Shown here piece after piece: positions 1 through 11,960 of a stretch of DNA of 64,000 bases. Below the pieces are notes generated by a model, which was given only the letters and a program-made list of their open reading frames with translations, was not told where the DNA came from and did not search any database. The DNA lies in contig JAPEUG010000004.1 in the NCBI GenBank assembly GCA_026025795.1, forward strand, positions 62,001-126,000, given 5' to 3'. A program made the translations under genes and the position numbers. Position 1 is the stretch's first letter, and each line of letters opens with the position of its first letter. This stretch comes from Thelocarpon superellum. Lineage: Eukaryota.

Positions 1-10
1 TCGCCCCTAG

Positions 11-969
11 CGCCGATCCAGAAATCCAATACCTACGTACCCACCGGAGCATGGTACGACGGGTGGGAAACGCGACGGCACAATCCTGACCCGCCGGACT
101 GGGTCATCGTCCAGCTGGGCGTCGGTGCCGGCCATGTCGTCGGGTTCGAAGTCGACACGGCCTTCTTCGCCGGCAACCACGCGGAGAAAGTAGCCGTGCA
201 AGGGGCGCGTGCTGCACTGGGGGCTGCCCCGGGGCAGCTCCATTGGGAGCCCATCCTCCCACCACAGCCATGTGGGCCCAGCGCCCGCCATGCCTGGTTG
301 CTAGCTCAGCCGACCGGCACCGCGTACACGCACCTTCGCCTGCAGATGTTCCCAGACGGCGGCATTGCCCGATTTCGGGCGTACGGCCGGGCGTCGCCCA
401 TCTTCCCCGCCGACAGCTCGACGGCCATCGACCTCGCCGCTGCACGCAACGGGGCGCGCGCCGTGGCCTGGTCAAACCAGCGCTTTGGTCGCGCGTCGAA
501 CTTGCTCCTACCGGGCCGTGGTCACGACATGGGCGACGGATGGGAGACCAGCCGCAGCCGGGGCGCAGGCCATGAAGACTGGGTCATCGTCAAGCTTGGC
601 GCGCCCGCCGCCGGCATCAGCTCCGTCGTGGTCGACACGGCCTTTTTCAGGGGCAACTTCCCCCAGAGCGTACGTGTCGAAGCCCTCGACTTCCGGAAGT
701 CTCCCTCCTTCTCCTCGTTCTTGGACCAGCCACGGCGGCAAGAAGAGGAGGAACATGTCCCCGCGGCCGACGATCCGCGGTGGCATGTCCTCGTGCCCTC
801 GGCGCCGTGTGGAGCTGACCGCGAGCACCTCTTCGACTTCACCACGGCGCCGTCCTCTGCAGAGCCAGAGAAACGAGTGGCCAGCCAAGTAACCACGCAC
901 GTCAAGCTGGTCATGGTTCCCGATGGCGGTGTGAAGCGGCTACGGGTGTTTGGCCGGCGCAACACATGA
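11..969 (+). CDS. DAL2: Allantoicase, last exon (5' part lies before the window)
   Basis: After an acceptor TAG at 8-10 the frame reads PIQKSNTYVPTGAWYDGWETRRHNPDPPDWVIVQLG..GFEVDTAFFAGNH..LQMFPDGGIARFRAYG. A second repeat reads GDGWETSRSR..EDWVIVKLG..VDTAFFRGNFP..VPDGGVKRLRVFG. These are the two allantoicase repeats. Stop TGA at 967-969. Confidence 0.93.
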
Positions 970-1312
970 CGCCATTGCTAGACTATTGTGATTGCAGATC
1001 TAGTCGGTAGGGTGACAACGTAAACGAATTGAGATCTCGTGCCGTCCTTGATTCATGCAGAAATGGTTCTCCCCCTCCCGGTCGTGTGTCGACCGACGGC
1101 ATCGGATCGCGTCGCACCGCCACCATCATCGAACACCATCACACCATCGCACCGTGAAAGAGCACAATCCCACCATCCCAACATTCATCGTCATCCGTAT
1201 TCATGTGTCCCTATCATGACACCAGATCACTCTCGAAAAGGAACGCGCTCGTAGCTGCCGCTCCTCGCTCAAAGCATCTCCGCCCCTTCTTTTGTCCATG
1301 AGCATCAAGACC

Positions 1313-3987
1313 TCAAGGAGCATCCGGGTCATCGTCCTCGTCGTCGAATTTGACCCCTTCGTAGGCGCTTCCATTCTTACTGCCGTTGCCGCTGCCGCTG
1401 ACGTCTAGCTTGGCGAGGAATTCGGGCGGCACGGTGGGGATGTAGCGTCGTTCGCGGTCGCGATTGAGTCCGCCGAAGCCCGCGCCGTAGCTGACCAGCA
1501 TGTCGGTGGAGGTCGGTAGCGAGAAGGGCAACATCAATGCCGGGTCGAGCAGGAGGTGTTCGGGCGCGGCCTCGTCGTCGGAGCCCCCGTCGTGGTGGGA
1601 TGTGGGATTCCGCATGGAGGATGGTGAGGATGGCGAGGTCACCGGCGAGGCTAAAGTGGACTTGACCGGCGCTTCGGTTGAACCATCGCCCTTCATCCCG
1701 CGCGCCAGGTCTGGAGAGGAGTCGGAGCCGGCCTTGCGCTGGTTCTCGCGTCGGAGGGATGTCTCGCGCTGCAGCTCCAGCAGATATCGCATGGCGCTCT
1801 TGGGGAGGCCCTTTTCGCCCACCTCGGGCCGGTACTGCTTCACGGCGTGGATGAGTTGTTGCGGACTGAGCCGCGGCAGTTGCTGGATCGTCCCCACCAG
1901 CGACTCGAAATCTTCCCCGAGCGACGAGAAGCACTGCAGCCACTGCAGCAGCTGGATGACGGGCGCGAGGTGACGCCGAGCCGAGTCCACCGTGTTGTCG
2001 CCCGTGGAATTCGTCGAGCCATTCTCGTAGTGTTCGGGCTGTCGATTGTTGGCCCGCGCCCAATCCTCCAGCGTCGAGAGGTTCATTCGGATCTGCATCG
2101 CCTTGGTGCGCGCCAGGTACTTTCGGTTGGACATGATGCGATTGAAGAGCTCGGCGCCCAGCCAGTAGAGCAATTGCGAGAGGGTCTGAGAAATGATGAC
2201 GGAGTGGATGTCGTACAGGTCGAGCACGAAAAGCGTGGACGATAGGAGGGAGGCAATGTTCCGTGGCGATGTCTGCGCGCGACGCTTGGGTGACGGTGGC
2301 CGAAAGCGCTTCTCACTGGGTTCGGGCGCTCGGACTTTGGTCTTGGAGCGGAAGAGGCGCCACTCGTTCTGGAAGTGGACATCCTCGAAGCCTGGAATGG
2401 TCTCGTGGTCCAGCATCGCCGGATCCAGAACCTTGTCCATGCGCCGCTCCGCGTCGCGGATGATGAGGATGAAGATCTCGTTGATGAGCTCGGCCAGCTG
2501 CAGCTGGAAGGCTGTCGTCGCCCCGACCAAGCCACCGTCCTTCTTGAGGTAGTGCAACAAGAGCGTGGCGTTCGAGATCCAGAAGGCGAGGATGGTCATG
2601 TCCCACTGGTGCTTCTCCACCACCTCGTTGATCTTATGCATCGCCGTCACCAAGAGCGTCGCGAGCAGCTCGGGGCTGGCATGGTAGTGGGCATATCGCG
2701 CGCTGAGGAACAGGATGTTGGCCGGCACTGGTTTCTGCGTGGCCGAGCGCTGCGGCGTCATGTGGGTGATGACGACGTCGAGGATCCGGCCAAGCTCGCT
2801 CTCCTGAAAGACGAACATCTGGTCATTCAGACACCGGTCCCAGAGGAATTCCTGTCCATCTTCCTCGAGCTCCTCCGGAGACTACGGTCGTCAGCATGTG
2901 CACCTCGCCAAATGAGGCGCGGGCGACTCACTTCCGGTTGCTCGTCCAGCCCGAGGCTGGAGAGGTCGACCTCGAGATTGATCGCGCTCTCCATCATCAT
3001 GCGCCGCTTCATCTCGTTCTCCGCCATCTCCTCCTCAAACCGGTCCTGTGAGAATCCGGCATTGTAGAAGTCATCACCTACACCGGCGTTGCCAATGTTG
3101 TAGCCGCTCTCATGCAAGTAGTCGCTGATCTCGCTGTTGGGTGCGATGAAGTCAAATGCCGTCCGCCCGGACGACGATTTGACCTCGGGTGACGCGCCAT
3201 GATCCAGCAGCAGCTTGGCGATGGCCTTGTGGCGATTGGTCATGGCCCACATCAGTGCACTCCATTGATTACGGTCCTGGATGTCAACCTTTGCGCCGGC
3301 GGTGATGAGCGTCGCCACGACATCTTGGTGACCCTGGCCCCCGTTAGCCCGCCATCACCACACAAGGGGCTTCACATGAGGGTGCTCACGAAGCAGCTGG
3401 CGTAGATCAACGGTGCGGTCCCCTCCTCGTCGGGGGCGTCGACATTGACATAATCCTTCGCCTTGCCCTCGACCAGCCGGCGGATGCGTGCGACGTCGCC
3501 GTTGCTGGCGGCCATGTTCAACGTTTTTTGGAGCATCTCCTTCTTCGTGGTCAAGGAGAGCTTCGCGTCGTTGACGATGACATCCTCATCTTCGGCCAGC
3601 GACCCATCCTCTCGGTGTGCGGCCTGCGCGGCGAGCATCTCCATCAAACGAGTGTCGCTATCCTCGAGGGTTCGTGCGTCGGCGGCATCCACCGTGGATG
3701 CATTGTCCAAGGACAGGTTGAAATCCAATCTTCTCGCCGGCACCGGCGTGGTCAGGATCTGCGATTGTCCTGCCCGTGGGCGGTCAGCCCGAGTCGCTCC
3801 GCGGGCGTGCGTGACGTGATGAGTACCCACCTTGCCAGGCATCGTAGATCTCAGTCTCGGCTGCAAAGCTGGGCACCGACCGTCGGTCATTCAAGGACTT
3901 GGGGAGATCATCGGGGAGCTGCCGGGGCTTAGGCAGCTCTGGGTCGAAGCCGACATCACCCTCGACAGCGTACTCTTCCAGGTCCAT
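1313..3987 (-). CDS. Ankyrin-repeat + DIL (dilute) domain protein, multi-exon
   Basis: ATG at 3987 (MDLEEYAVEG..) with GT-AG introns at about 3830-3770, ~3389-3335 and ~2931-2880. Ankyrin motifs: LNMAASNGDV, GTAPLIYASCF, QWSALMWAMTNRHKAIAKLLLDHGA. DIL-like region: QLLYWLGAELFNRIMSNRKYLARTKAMQIRMNLSTLEDWAR..LAPVIQLLQWLQC. Confidence 0.88.
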
Positions 3988-4721
3988 GGTGATGCACGCG
4001 CGGGCGTCACGCCCCCCGTGGTGCTGGTCGTCAGCGAGAAGCCTAGCCAGCAACGCTGCGACGGGAAGGTGGGAGAGACAAAGATAGGTTCAGAGACCCT
4101 CGTCATGGCGAGCTGGCATCACTCTGTCGTCATGGGCGCACGAGACATCTCTGGGGCAGCTGGGGGGAGAGGGGGGGGGTGGAGGGAGGGGTTCCGCTGT
4201 TAGTGGGCAACTGTTGAGTTGGACTATATTCTCGGATGGTGTAGCATCGCGCGGCCGTTGATTGCCCCTCCACACGATTTGTATAACCGCCACTTCGGTA
4301 CCCGCACTCGCTCTCAATGCAACGACATCGTGACCATGACCATCCGAGCCTTGATAGGCCGGTGTTATTTCTCTGGAACGGAGATTAGCAGGACGTCTAC
4401 AAGCTTCGCACAATGATGGTCGAAGGCGTATCTCGGCCATGCATTTTCATGTCGGGCCTGGGCCTCGTAGGGCGTAAACAGACTGACGCAGGTCTAGCTT
4501 AACGTGGGCAGCGCAAGTCCCTCAATTTGGACCATCCTACGAAGAATGCCTTGGACGTACGCGGCCAAGAGACCCATGGACTGAATTGCATCGCATCAGG
4601 AATGCCACGGCTCTCCACTCAGGTTTCACAAGGTCACTCCAAATAGAGCATTTTAGCAGCGGGTTGGGTAGGGTTTTGGTGTAGTTAGCTCATTCTGGAT
4701 ATGGCCTACCTGCTATATTTG

Positions 4722-4799
4722 GAAAGAGCAGCAGTGCTAGCTACACAGCACCTGTGTAGTACTACACAGGTGCTGTGTAGCTAGCACTGCTGCTCTTTC
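4722..4799. repeat. Perfect 78-bp palindrome with no spacer, inside the transposon left end
   Basis: GAAAGAGCAGCAGTGCTAGCTACACAGCACCTGTGTAGT|ACTACACAGGTGCTGTGTAGCTAGCACTGCTGCTCTTTC. The arms are exact reverse complements, centred at 4760/4761. Confidence 0.97.
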
Positions 4800-4899
4800 T
4801 TCCCTATATAGTTAGTATATGAAGCTATTCAGACATCAGGACTCACCTTTGTTGTGTAGATATAGAAGATTGTCTGTATATTGTTAGTTATTGTTCAGT

Positions 4900-6210
4900 A
4901 TGCCAGCCAGGAGACCCACCTGGTGTGTCCAGCAAGGCCAGAGTAGTCCCACTAGCTCTTCCCTTGAATGGAGCCCTACCCTAGGGCCCAGCAACCACTC
5001 GCAGGCCCATTGTCCACCTCTTGGGCCACTAGTGTCATCAGCATATAGTGGTGGATTTGTTGTTGATCTAGACAGCAATCCCTATGGGACTGCCATCTAG
5101 ACAACACAGATCCAGCCACCAGTGTCATCATTTGACAACCAGGCCATCAGATCAACAGAGTACAACTCCATTGATCCAATAGCCATAGATCCAGCAATCA
5201 TAGCCACCTAGCAGGCCACCTAGCAGGCCACCCAGCAGTCCACCCAACCCCCTACCAGCCAATTATTGTATCCTATAGGAGCCAGCGACAACAACAAAGA
5301 CAGTGGTGCCACTTGTCATCTGCCACCTGGTTGCAGCAGTTGTGGTTGTGGCTGTGGCTATAGCAGCTGTGGCTGTGGTGTCCAAGGGGGGGGTGGTTGC
5401 AGAGGCAGCAAGGGAGGTGGCGAGGGAGGCAGTGAGGGAGGTGGTGAGGGAGGTGGAAGGAGGATGAGGGTCAACATCAATTCAGAAGAACACAAGATAC
5501 TGTTAATCAAGATCTGTTCAAAATACAAGGACAGGTTCACTCACAACAACAAGACCCAGTTCTGGATGGACATTGAACAGGAGTTCAACCTCAAGACTGG
5601 CCTAGTGTTTTCAAACACTAGGCAGAAGGTCTGACAACTGGTGGACCAGCAGTGGAAGCAGGTTATGGAGGAGACAGGGGAAGAGAAGACTTGCAACTTG
5701 TGGACAATTGCAATAGACAACTAGTTGGAGCATATTGACAGCATCAAGGCAGAGATAGAAGATTGGCAGAGTACAGCCATGTGCTACTAGGTGACAGCAA
5801 GGGAGATCTAGATCAAGAGGGAGGCAATGATAGAGTCACTGAGTGGGCAGTGGCAGCTCCAGGCAAGAGCTAGGAGAACTGACATTAGTAACAATCAAGA
5901 CAAGGGAGGCAACTCACTAGGGCTATGGGGAGGAGAAGAAGAAGAGTCAGGAGCTGCAACATTGTTGTTAGGAAGGAGCTAGAGTTAGAAGGTGGATATT
6001 AGCAAGACAGCAATGATGATAGCTAGGTCTGTCAAGGAGTTAGCAGACTCCATCAAGGGTAGGGGCCTCACTGGAGGCACTGATTTCTGTGCTAAGACAG
6101 AAGAAAGACTGGATCAACTCAACAATACCATCAGTAGCTTGAAGGTAGAACTCCTCAACACTATACACAGTCTGTTAGCACACTCAGAGCAGGGAGGAAC
6201 TCAGCTGTAA
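4900..6210 (+). pseudogene. Harbinger-associated Myb/SANT-like DNA-binding protein pseudogene
   Basis: ORF fragments 4891-5100, 5266-5634 and 5992-6210 share one frame, broken by TAG/TGA stops. The segment NSEEHKILLIKICSKYKDRFTHNNKTQFWMDIEQEFNLKTGLVFSNTRQKV*QLV resembles a Myb/SANT trihelix, followed by a coiled-coil-like C-terminus. Confidence 0.75.
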
Positions 6211-7633
6211 ATAGTATAGTAGTATCAAAGGCATTGATAGCAGCAGTGCCCTTAGGAAAGAGGCCCATCCACCCACCCACCACCACCACCATTGCTGTTG
6301 TAGCCACTGTTGTAGCCATTGTCATAGCCACTATTGTCCTCATTGTCATAGCTGCCATTGTCCTTATCATTGTCATAGTTGTCATAGTCATGGTTGTCAG
6401 AGTTGTTGTCAGAGTTGTCAGAGTTGTCAGAGTTGTCAGAGTTGTCAGAGTCACAGCTCTCCTAGGGGTTCCTAAACCAGCTATCTAGATAGAGGTAAGC
6501 ATCAAGAGAGAGAGGAAACAAACCAAAGCACAACTTGTTACCACATATACTAGTGTGGATGTTGGTTAGGAGGATGGAGACTATGTAATTTGCTGCAACT
6601 GGACTCATTCCAGATTGCTAGAGGACTTTGAACTAGCTGGATAGCCAGAGATTAGCTGTCTTTCTAAAGCTGTTCTCCATAGTGATCTAGTAGCAACTCA
6701 TTGCTGTATTGAACCAGGTCTACCAGTTGTCATAGTGGAGGATAGGATATAGGCACATGGTGCCAAGGAGCAGGGTGTATGCTAGATCACCAAATACAAC
6801 AAGACAACAGCTGCCACAACAGCAGATCTGTAGACTAGTTAGTACTATTAGGCATGGAGAGACAGGGGACTCACCTTGTCAATCCAATCCTAAACACCTG
6901 AATTGTTATACATCTTGTAGTTGTTAGTTGTTGCAAGGAAGGGTCCTTTCAAGGAAGGGATGAGGCTGTCTAGAGTTGTGATTGCCTGGTATTTGAAGCT
7001 ATGCTGCTTCTTGTAGCTAGAGTAGTGCTAGCACTGGTTCTTTGTTAGACAACAGAATAGCTGGAACATCCCATTGACATATCCCTAGCAGTTGTAGGGG
7101 GTGCCAACCCTAGAGAACTCACCACTAGCACAGATGAAGGATTCAAGTCACTTGTAGTTGTCTAGGTATAGGTGCCATTCCAAGATCTCATGATAGCATT
7201 GAACCAGGTGTAGGACAATGTCCACACACACAGACAACAACTATCCACAAGATCAACCAAGGAGGTGTAAGAGGGTGTTGAGGTGCTTAGGGTAGGCAAG
7301 CCAAGCTGCAACAACAACAAAGGCAAGCTCTGGTGACAGAGTCAGGTGATTCTAGAAGCTAATTGTCTCCAGCTCAAGGTATAGAAGGATGACAGTGATC
7401 TGTGACTTAGTAAACCTATAAGCAGCATTAGTTAGATCTAGTCAGGTGGAATAGACTCACCTAGTCACTTTGTGACAGAGCAAGTCATTGAACTTGTCAA
7501 AATTGAAGGTGAAATGGGCACCTAGTGCTGTTCTGCAAGGCCTGCAGTCATCAACTGACTGCAGGAGCAATAGTGAGGAAGCTGCAGAAGCGAACAGAGC
7601 AGCGAGCAGCTGGAAATCAGCTGCAGAGGCCAT
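6210..7633 (-). pseudogene. PIF/Harbinger DDE transposase (DDE_Tnp_4 / HARBI1-like) pseudogene with introns
   Basis: Minus-strand reading gives C*GYVNGMFQ (WGYVDGTFR-like), YSSYKKQHSFKYQAITTLDSLIPSLKGPF, VFGDLAY (GDPAY-like) and FNTAMSCY*ITMENSF (RIAVENGF-like). GTGAGT introns at about 7460-7416 and 6875-6828. Low-complexity SDN-repeat tail. The 3' end is approximate. Confidence 0.85.
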
Positions 7634-8475
7634 GGTTGAGGTGGGAACTGGCAATAATATCAATGGAGATGACACAGGTCAGTTGCTCAATGATTTGATA
7701 TATCCTAAAAGAGTAGGAAGCTCAATTAGGACTAGTCTAGAAAATTAACCACTAACTACACCAAAAATTCACTACACCAAAAACCCGGTGCTAAAATGCT
7801 CTAATGGCTCCAACATACGGGCACAGGTACAGGCATAACTACGGGCAACAGTGCGCCGCGAAGACCATTAATCACCGACACGGAAAGTGAACCTAGCAAG
7901 GCAACTGTAAATGATCACAACTGTAAAGGGTCAAGAGCATCATACCCTTTTCGCCCCTCGTCCCGATTTTCGACATCTTTTACCACGTCATTTTGCCACG
8001 TCCTATTGCCACTGCTATCCCCGTCTCACGCGATATTGCCGGAGGCACAGAGCTTAAGGGAGGCGAAAGACTCGCAGATATATCCGCCCATACTACTCAC
8101 ACACTGACTCGTGCCGTATCAATGGCCGACCAGGGCAAGCCCGCAGCCACCCAGGAGATCAACGTTCGAGGCTCAGATCGATAACCATCTTCCATGGCTT
8201 CGAGACAGCGTGCGTTGCATGCAGGCGCCGTGACCGGCCCGGACCGACCGGACTTTTAAGGGAGCTACGGGGTCGATTAGAACGGCTTGCATGCCGCACA
8301 TCCGAGTAGTCCGCTCCGGGGTCCACGCATAATTCCACCATAATGCAGAAGACTGACGACTTGAGACCTCCATGGCCCCTCGTCCATTTGAGGCCTGAGT
8401 TTGGTCCGACTCGTGGCTTTTGCAGCTCCATCTATTTGAAGCATCGTTCGTGGCGTGCGAGCAGTGAGTCTGGTG

Positions 8476-10226
8476 ATGGCAACCACTGCAGCAAATGAAC
8501 CCAGCCAAGCACAGTCCACGCCACAGCCAACCTCTGAGCTCGCGACGAGGCCCAGCGAGAAACACTCAAGTTTCACTGACCGTCAGAAGACGGCCATCAT
8601 ATTGACCGTGTCGGTGGGCTCTTTCTTTTCGCCCTTGTCTGCGAATATCTACTTGCCCGCCCTCAACACCCTCGCCGACGACTTACAAGTTTCCACGAGT
8701 CTCATCAATCTGACCGTGACCACCTATTTGGTATGTCATCCGTCCGGGCGGAGCCGGGACGGCGTATCATGAGGCACGAGAATGGCACTGACGGATGGCA
8801 GATCTTCCAGGGCCTCGCCCCGACCTTCATCGGAGGCTTCTCTGACAGTGCGGGGAGACGGCCGTCGTACATCATCTGCTTCGTCCTGTACGCGGCGGCC
8901 AACCTAGGATTAGCCTTGCAGAACAATTATGCCTCGCTGCTGGTGCTGCGATGCTTGCAAAGTGCCGGCAGCAGCAGCACCGTCGCCCTCGCCGTGGCCG
9001 TGGTAGCCGACCTCGTCACATCGGCGGAGCGAGGGTCCTACGTCGCCTACACCTCCATCGCCGCCATTCTCGCGCCCTCCCTCGCACCTGTCCTGGGCGG
9101 GCTCCTAAGCCAATACTTGGGCTGGCGATGGATTTTCTGGTTCCTTCTCATCTTCTCCGCCGCCTTCTTCCTGCCCGTGCTCCTGTTCCTCTCCGAAACC
9201 CGCTGCGAGATCGTGGGGGACGGGTCGATCCTACCGCCGATGCTGAACAAGTCGCTCCTTGACCTACGGCGTGAGAAGAAGCAGGCCTCGGGGGAGCACG
9301 CCGAGACCCGCCAGCCTCGTCTCCGCTTCCCCAACCCGCTGGCGACCCTCATCATCATCTTCGACCGAGAGGCTGCCATCGTCCTCTTCTTCAATGGCCT
9401 CCTCTTCGCCGGGTACTACGTCATCACTTCGAGTATTCCGTCACAATACGGGCGGGTCTACGGCTTGAACGACCTGCAGATCAGTCTCATCTTCCTCCCA
9501 CTTGGGATGGGGAGCCTCCTCTCTGCATTCACCACCGGACGATTGATCGATTGGAACTACCGACGACACGCTCGTCGCTTGGGCTTTCCCGTCGTCAAGA
9601 ACCGGCAAGACGATCTCACGCACTTTCCCCTTGAGCTGGCGCGTCTCCAGGTGGCCCTGCCGTTGCTCTACCTTGGCTCGGCGGCCATCATCGCCAACGG
9701 ATGGACCCTCCATCTCGGCGTCAGTCTGGCTGGACCGTGTGTCTTCTTGTTCGTCATCGGCTTTTGCCTGGTTGCGGCCTTCAACTGTATGAACATCTTG
9801 ATGGTCGACCTCTATCCGGGGCGTGCGGCCACGGCCACGGCGGCCAACAACCTTGTGCGATGTTTATTGGGTGCCGTTGGCACCGCCGTGGTAATACCTG
9901 TGATCGACGCCATCGGGACCGGATGGGCCTACACGCTCGCGGCGCTGCTCTGGGTCGCCTTCAGCCCCTTGATGTGGGCTATGATGAGATTTGGACTGCG
10001 ATGGCGCCCAGCGCGGAAGGCCGTGCAGGCAGGGCCACCGACTACATCGAGGTTGCCGGAGGCAGTTCCCGTAGCGAAGAGACCGCCTGGCGAGGGTACA
10101 GGAGAGACGCACATGGATGCCTCTATTGCTGCGAACGGTGTTGAGGCTCAGCCTGTGAACGTCGATCATCCAGCAGGCGCGAAGATCCTTCTTGTAGAAA
10201 CGAAATCTATCGCCCCCGTAGCGTGA
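8476..10226 (+). CDS. MFS multidrug transporter (DHA1 family, Qdr-like)
   Basis: Exon 1 8476-8730 (..SFFSPLSANIYLPALNTLADDLQVSTSLINLTVTTYL), intron 8731-8801, then IFQGLAPTFIGGFSDSAGRRP (MFS motif A), LRCLQSAGSS, LGGLLSQYLGWRWIFWFL and multiple TM helices. Confidence 0.93.
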
Positions 10227-10922
10227 CAATGATGGGAAATGGCCACCTGATGAGCCAGGGTTTGACGCTTTGACCAACGATGTTCGAGCGCAGGCAAATG
10301 TTGACGCTCTCCTGCCGTGCCAACCTGCTCAGCCAAGCACGATCTAACGCATCCGCATGGCACGAGCGGTCACGACTCGTACTAGTGTGATAGAAGATAA
10401 GCCAGCATCTTCACCACGGTCCACCTCCATCCTGCATCCTAGCTCAAACATTCTGGCCTGACATCAGCCGAGGCGTTGGTGTTGATGCCTGCCAGTCTTG
10501 AGATTTCAGTGACAGACCAAGACGTCCGCGTGCAAGTGTGCATGCGAGTGTGCGTGCGGGGGCGTTCGCTCATGGGTGACAGGAGCGCTTGTCATGTCGG
10601 GTAGTGGGAACAATATGGGAGCCCAGTACAGTACAAGTACTCGCACTTATCGGAACCTAATATTGAGTCGAGAACCAATCACGCCATCTGCGGATGCATT
10701 ACGCACTACGTTAGACATCTGTCCCCGATTCGCTGGCATCTGAACCCCACCACGAATGCTTAATGTAACAGCACAACAGGCAGGCTGGATCCCAGAGTGC
10801 CAGATCCCCTCATCATCAACCTCATCCGCACTTCCCCGTACATGTCCAGCGCAGTTGGTAACACCTCGTCCGCTTCATCGCTTCCTGTGCAACGACGTAC
10901 GCAGACGATCTCCCGCAGCAAC

Positions 10923-11960
10923 ATGGCTACCCCGTCGACCAGCGTCGCCGACGAGCCTCCCGCCTCCGCATCTGCGGGCGTTGGCGAGGACGAGCCCCTA
11001 CTGGGACGAGTCGGCGATGCCTCTCAACCTGATGGACGCGGCCTTCTGTCGAACTTTGTGCTCGGTGAGTACACTCTACAACGCAGACTGCGCGTTGTGT
11101 TCGCTGCACGCCACGTACGCTTCGCGTGGGGCTGGACCAGGCTCATGTGGTCGGAATAGGCACGGCTGCCATCGCTCAAGCGGGTATCTGGATCGTACGT
11201 AGAGATGACGGGCACTGTCCAGAATGAGTGGAGGCACACTAACATTTTACCCAGCTGACGATCATCGTGTGGGCGAGTGTTTTCACCAAGCCGCTCATTC
11301 TCTTCTCTGCGCATCCGGTGAGTCTTCTGCGTCATGGCTATGGCCGTGGCTATGTTCATGTTTGGAATGCGGTAAGCTAACGGTCGCGGCAGCTCCTCAA
11401 TTCGGTAGGCTCACATGATCATGGCCTGACTCAGGCACGGCCAAGATGATACGGACCGACTGACGGCCAGATAGGCGGGGCTTCTGCTCGTCACGCAAGG
11501 GATTGTCGTGCTGCAGCCGACGCACACCAAGGCGCAGAAAGAGCAGGGCACGACGATTCATACCATCTTCAACGGCTTTGGATTCGACGCCCTCCTGGCC
11601 GGCCTGGTCATCATTGAATACAACAAGATCTCGCATGGCGGCATTCACTTCGAGAGCCCTCACGCCATTCTTGGCTTGATCACGTACATCTTCTTGCTCA
11701 TCCAGACACTTGTGGGCATCGCGCAGTATTGGACCCCCAGCGTCTTCGGCGGGGTCAACAATGCCAAGAAGCTCTACAAGTACCATCGCGTGTCGGGCTA
11801 CGTCATCCTAGTGCTCACGCTGGCCACTGTGGCTGCGGCGACGCAGACGGACTTCAACAAGAGTACGCTCCACATCAAGCTCTGGGCGGTACTAGTGACG
11901 GCGGTCCTGGTGCTGGCGGGCGTGTTCCCGCGCATCAAGAAGCAGAAGCTCGGACTTTGA
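10923..11960 (+). CDS. Cytochrome b561-domain membrane protein, 5 exons
   Basis: MATPSTS..EDEPLLG..NFVL/GTAAIAQAGIWI/LTIIVWASVFTKPLILFSAHP/LLNS/AGLLLVTQGIVVLQPTHT..HTIFN..HFESPHAILGL..YKYHRVSGY. The conserved heme-ligand His pattern is present, with GT-AG introns between exons. Confidence 0.85.

Larger units (their letters stand above)
4645..7802. mobile_element. Full-length, mutationally inactivated PIF/Harbinger (PHIS)-superfamily DNA transposon
   Basis: Left end AGAGCATTTTAGCAGCGGGTT (4645-4665) and right end AACCCGGTGCTAAAATGCTCT (7782-7802) are inverted repeats with 1 mismatch. Subterminal TTTTGGTGTAGTTAG / CTAACTACACCAAAA motifs extend them. AAT flanks both sides (4642-4644, 7803-7805). 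Two convergent pseudogenes lie inside (Myb/SANT-like and DDE transposase), and composition shifts abruptly at the ends. Confidence 0.9.

Noticed and set aside
6161..6488. Hydrophobic VVRVVR / TTLTTL ORFs
   Set aside because: They are alternate frames of the low-complexity 9-bp-repeat tail of the dead transposase.
8476..11960. MFS transporter plus cytochrome b561 as a possible secondary-metabolite cluster
   Set aside because: There is no backbone synthase, tailoring enzyme set or cluster transcription factor nearby.
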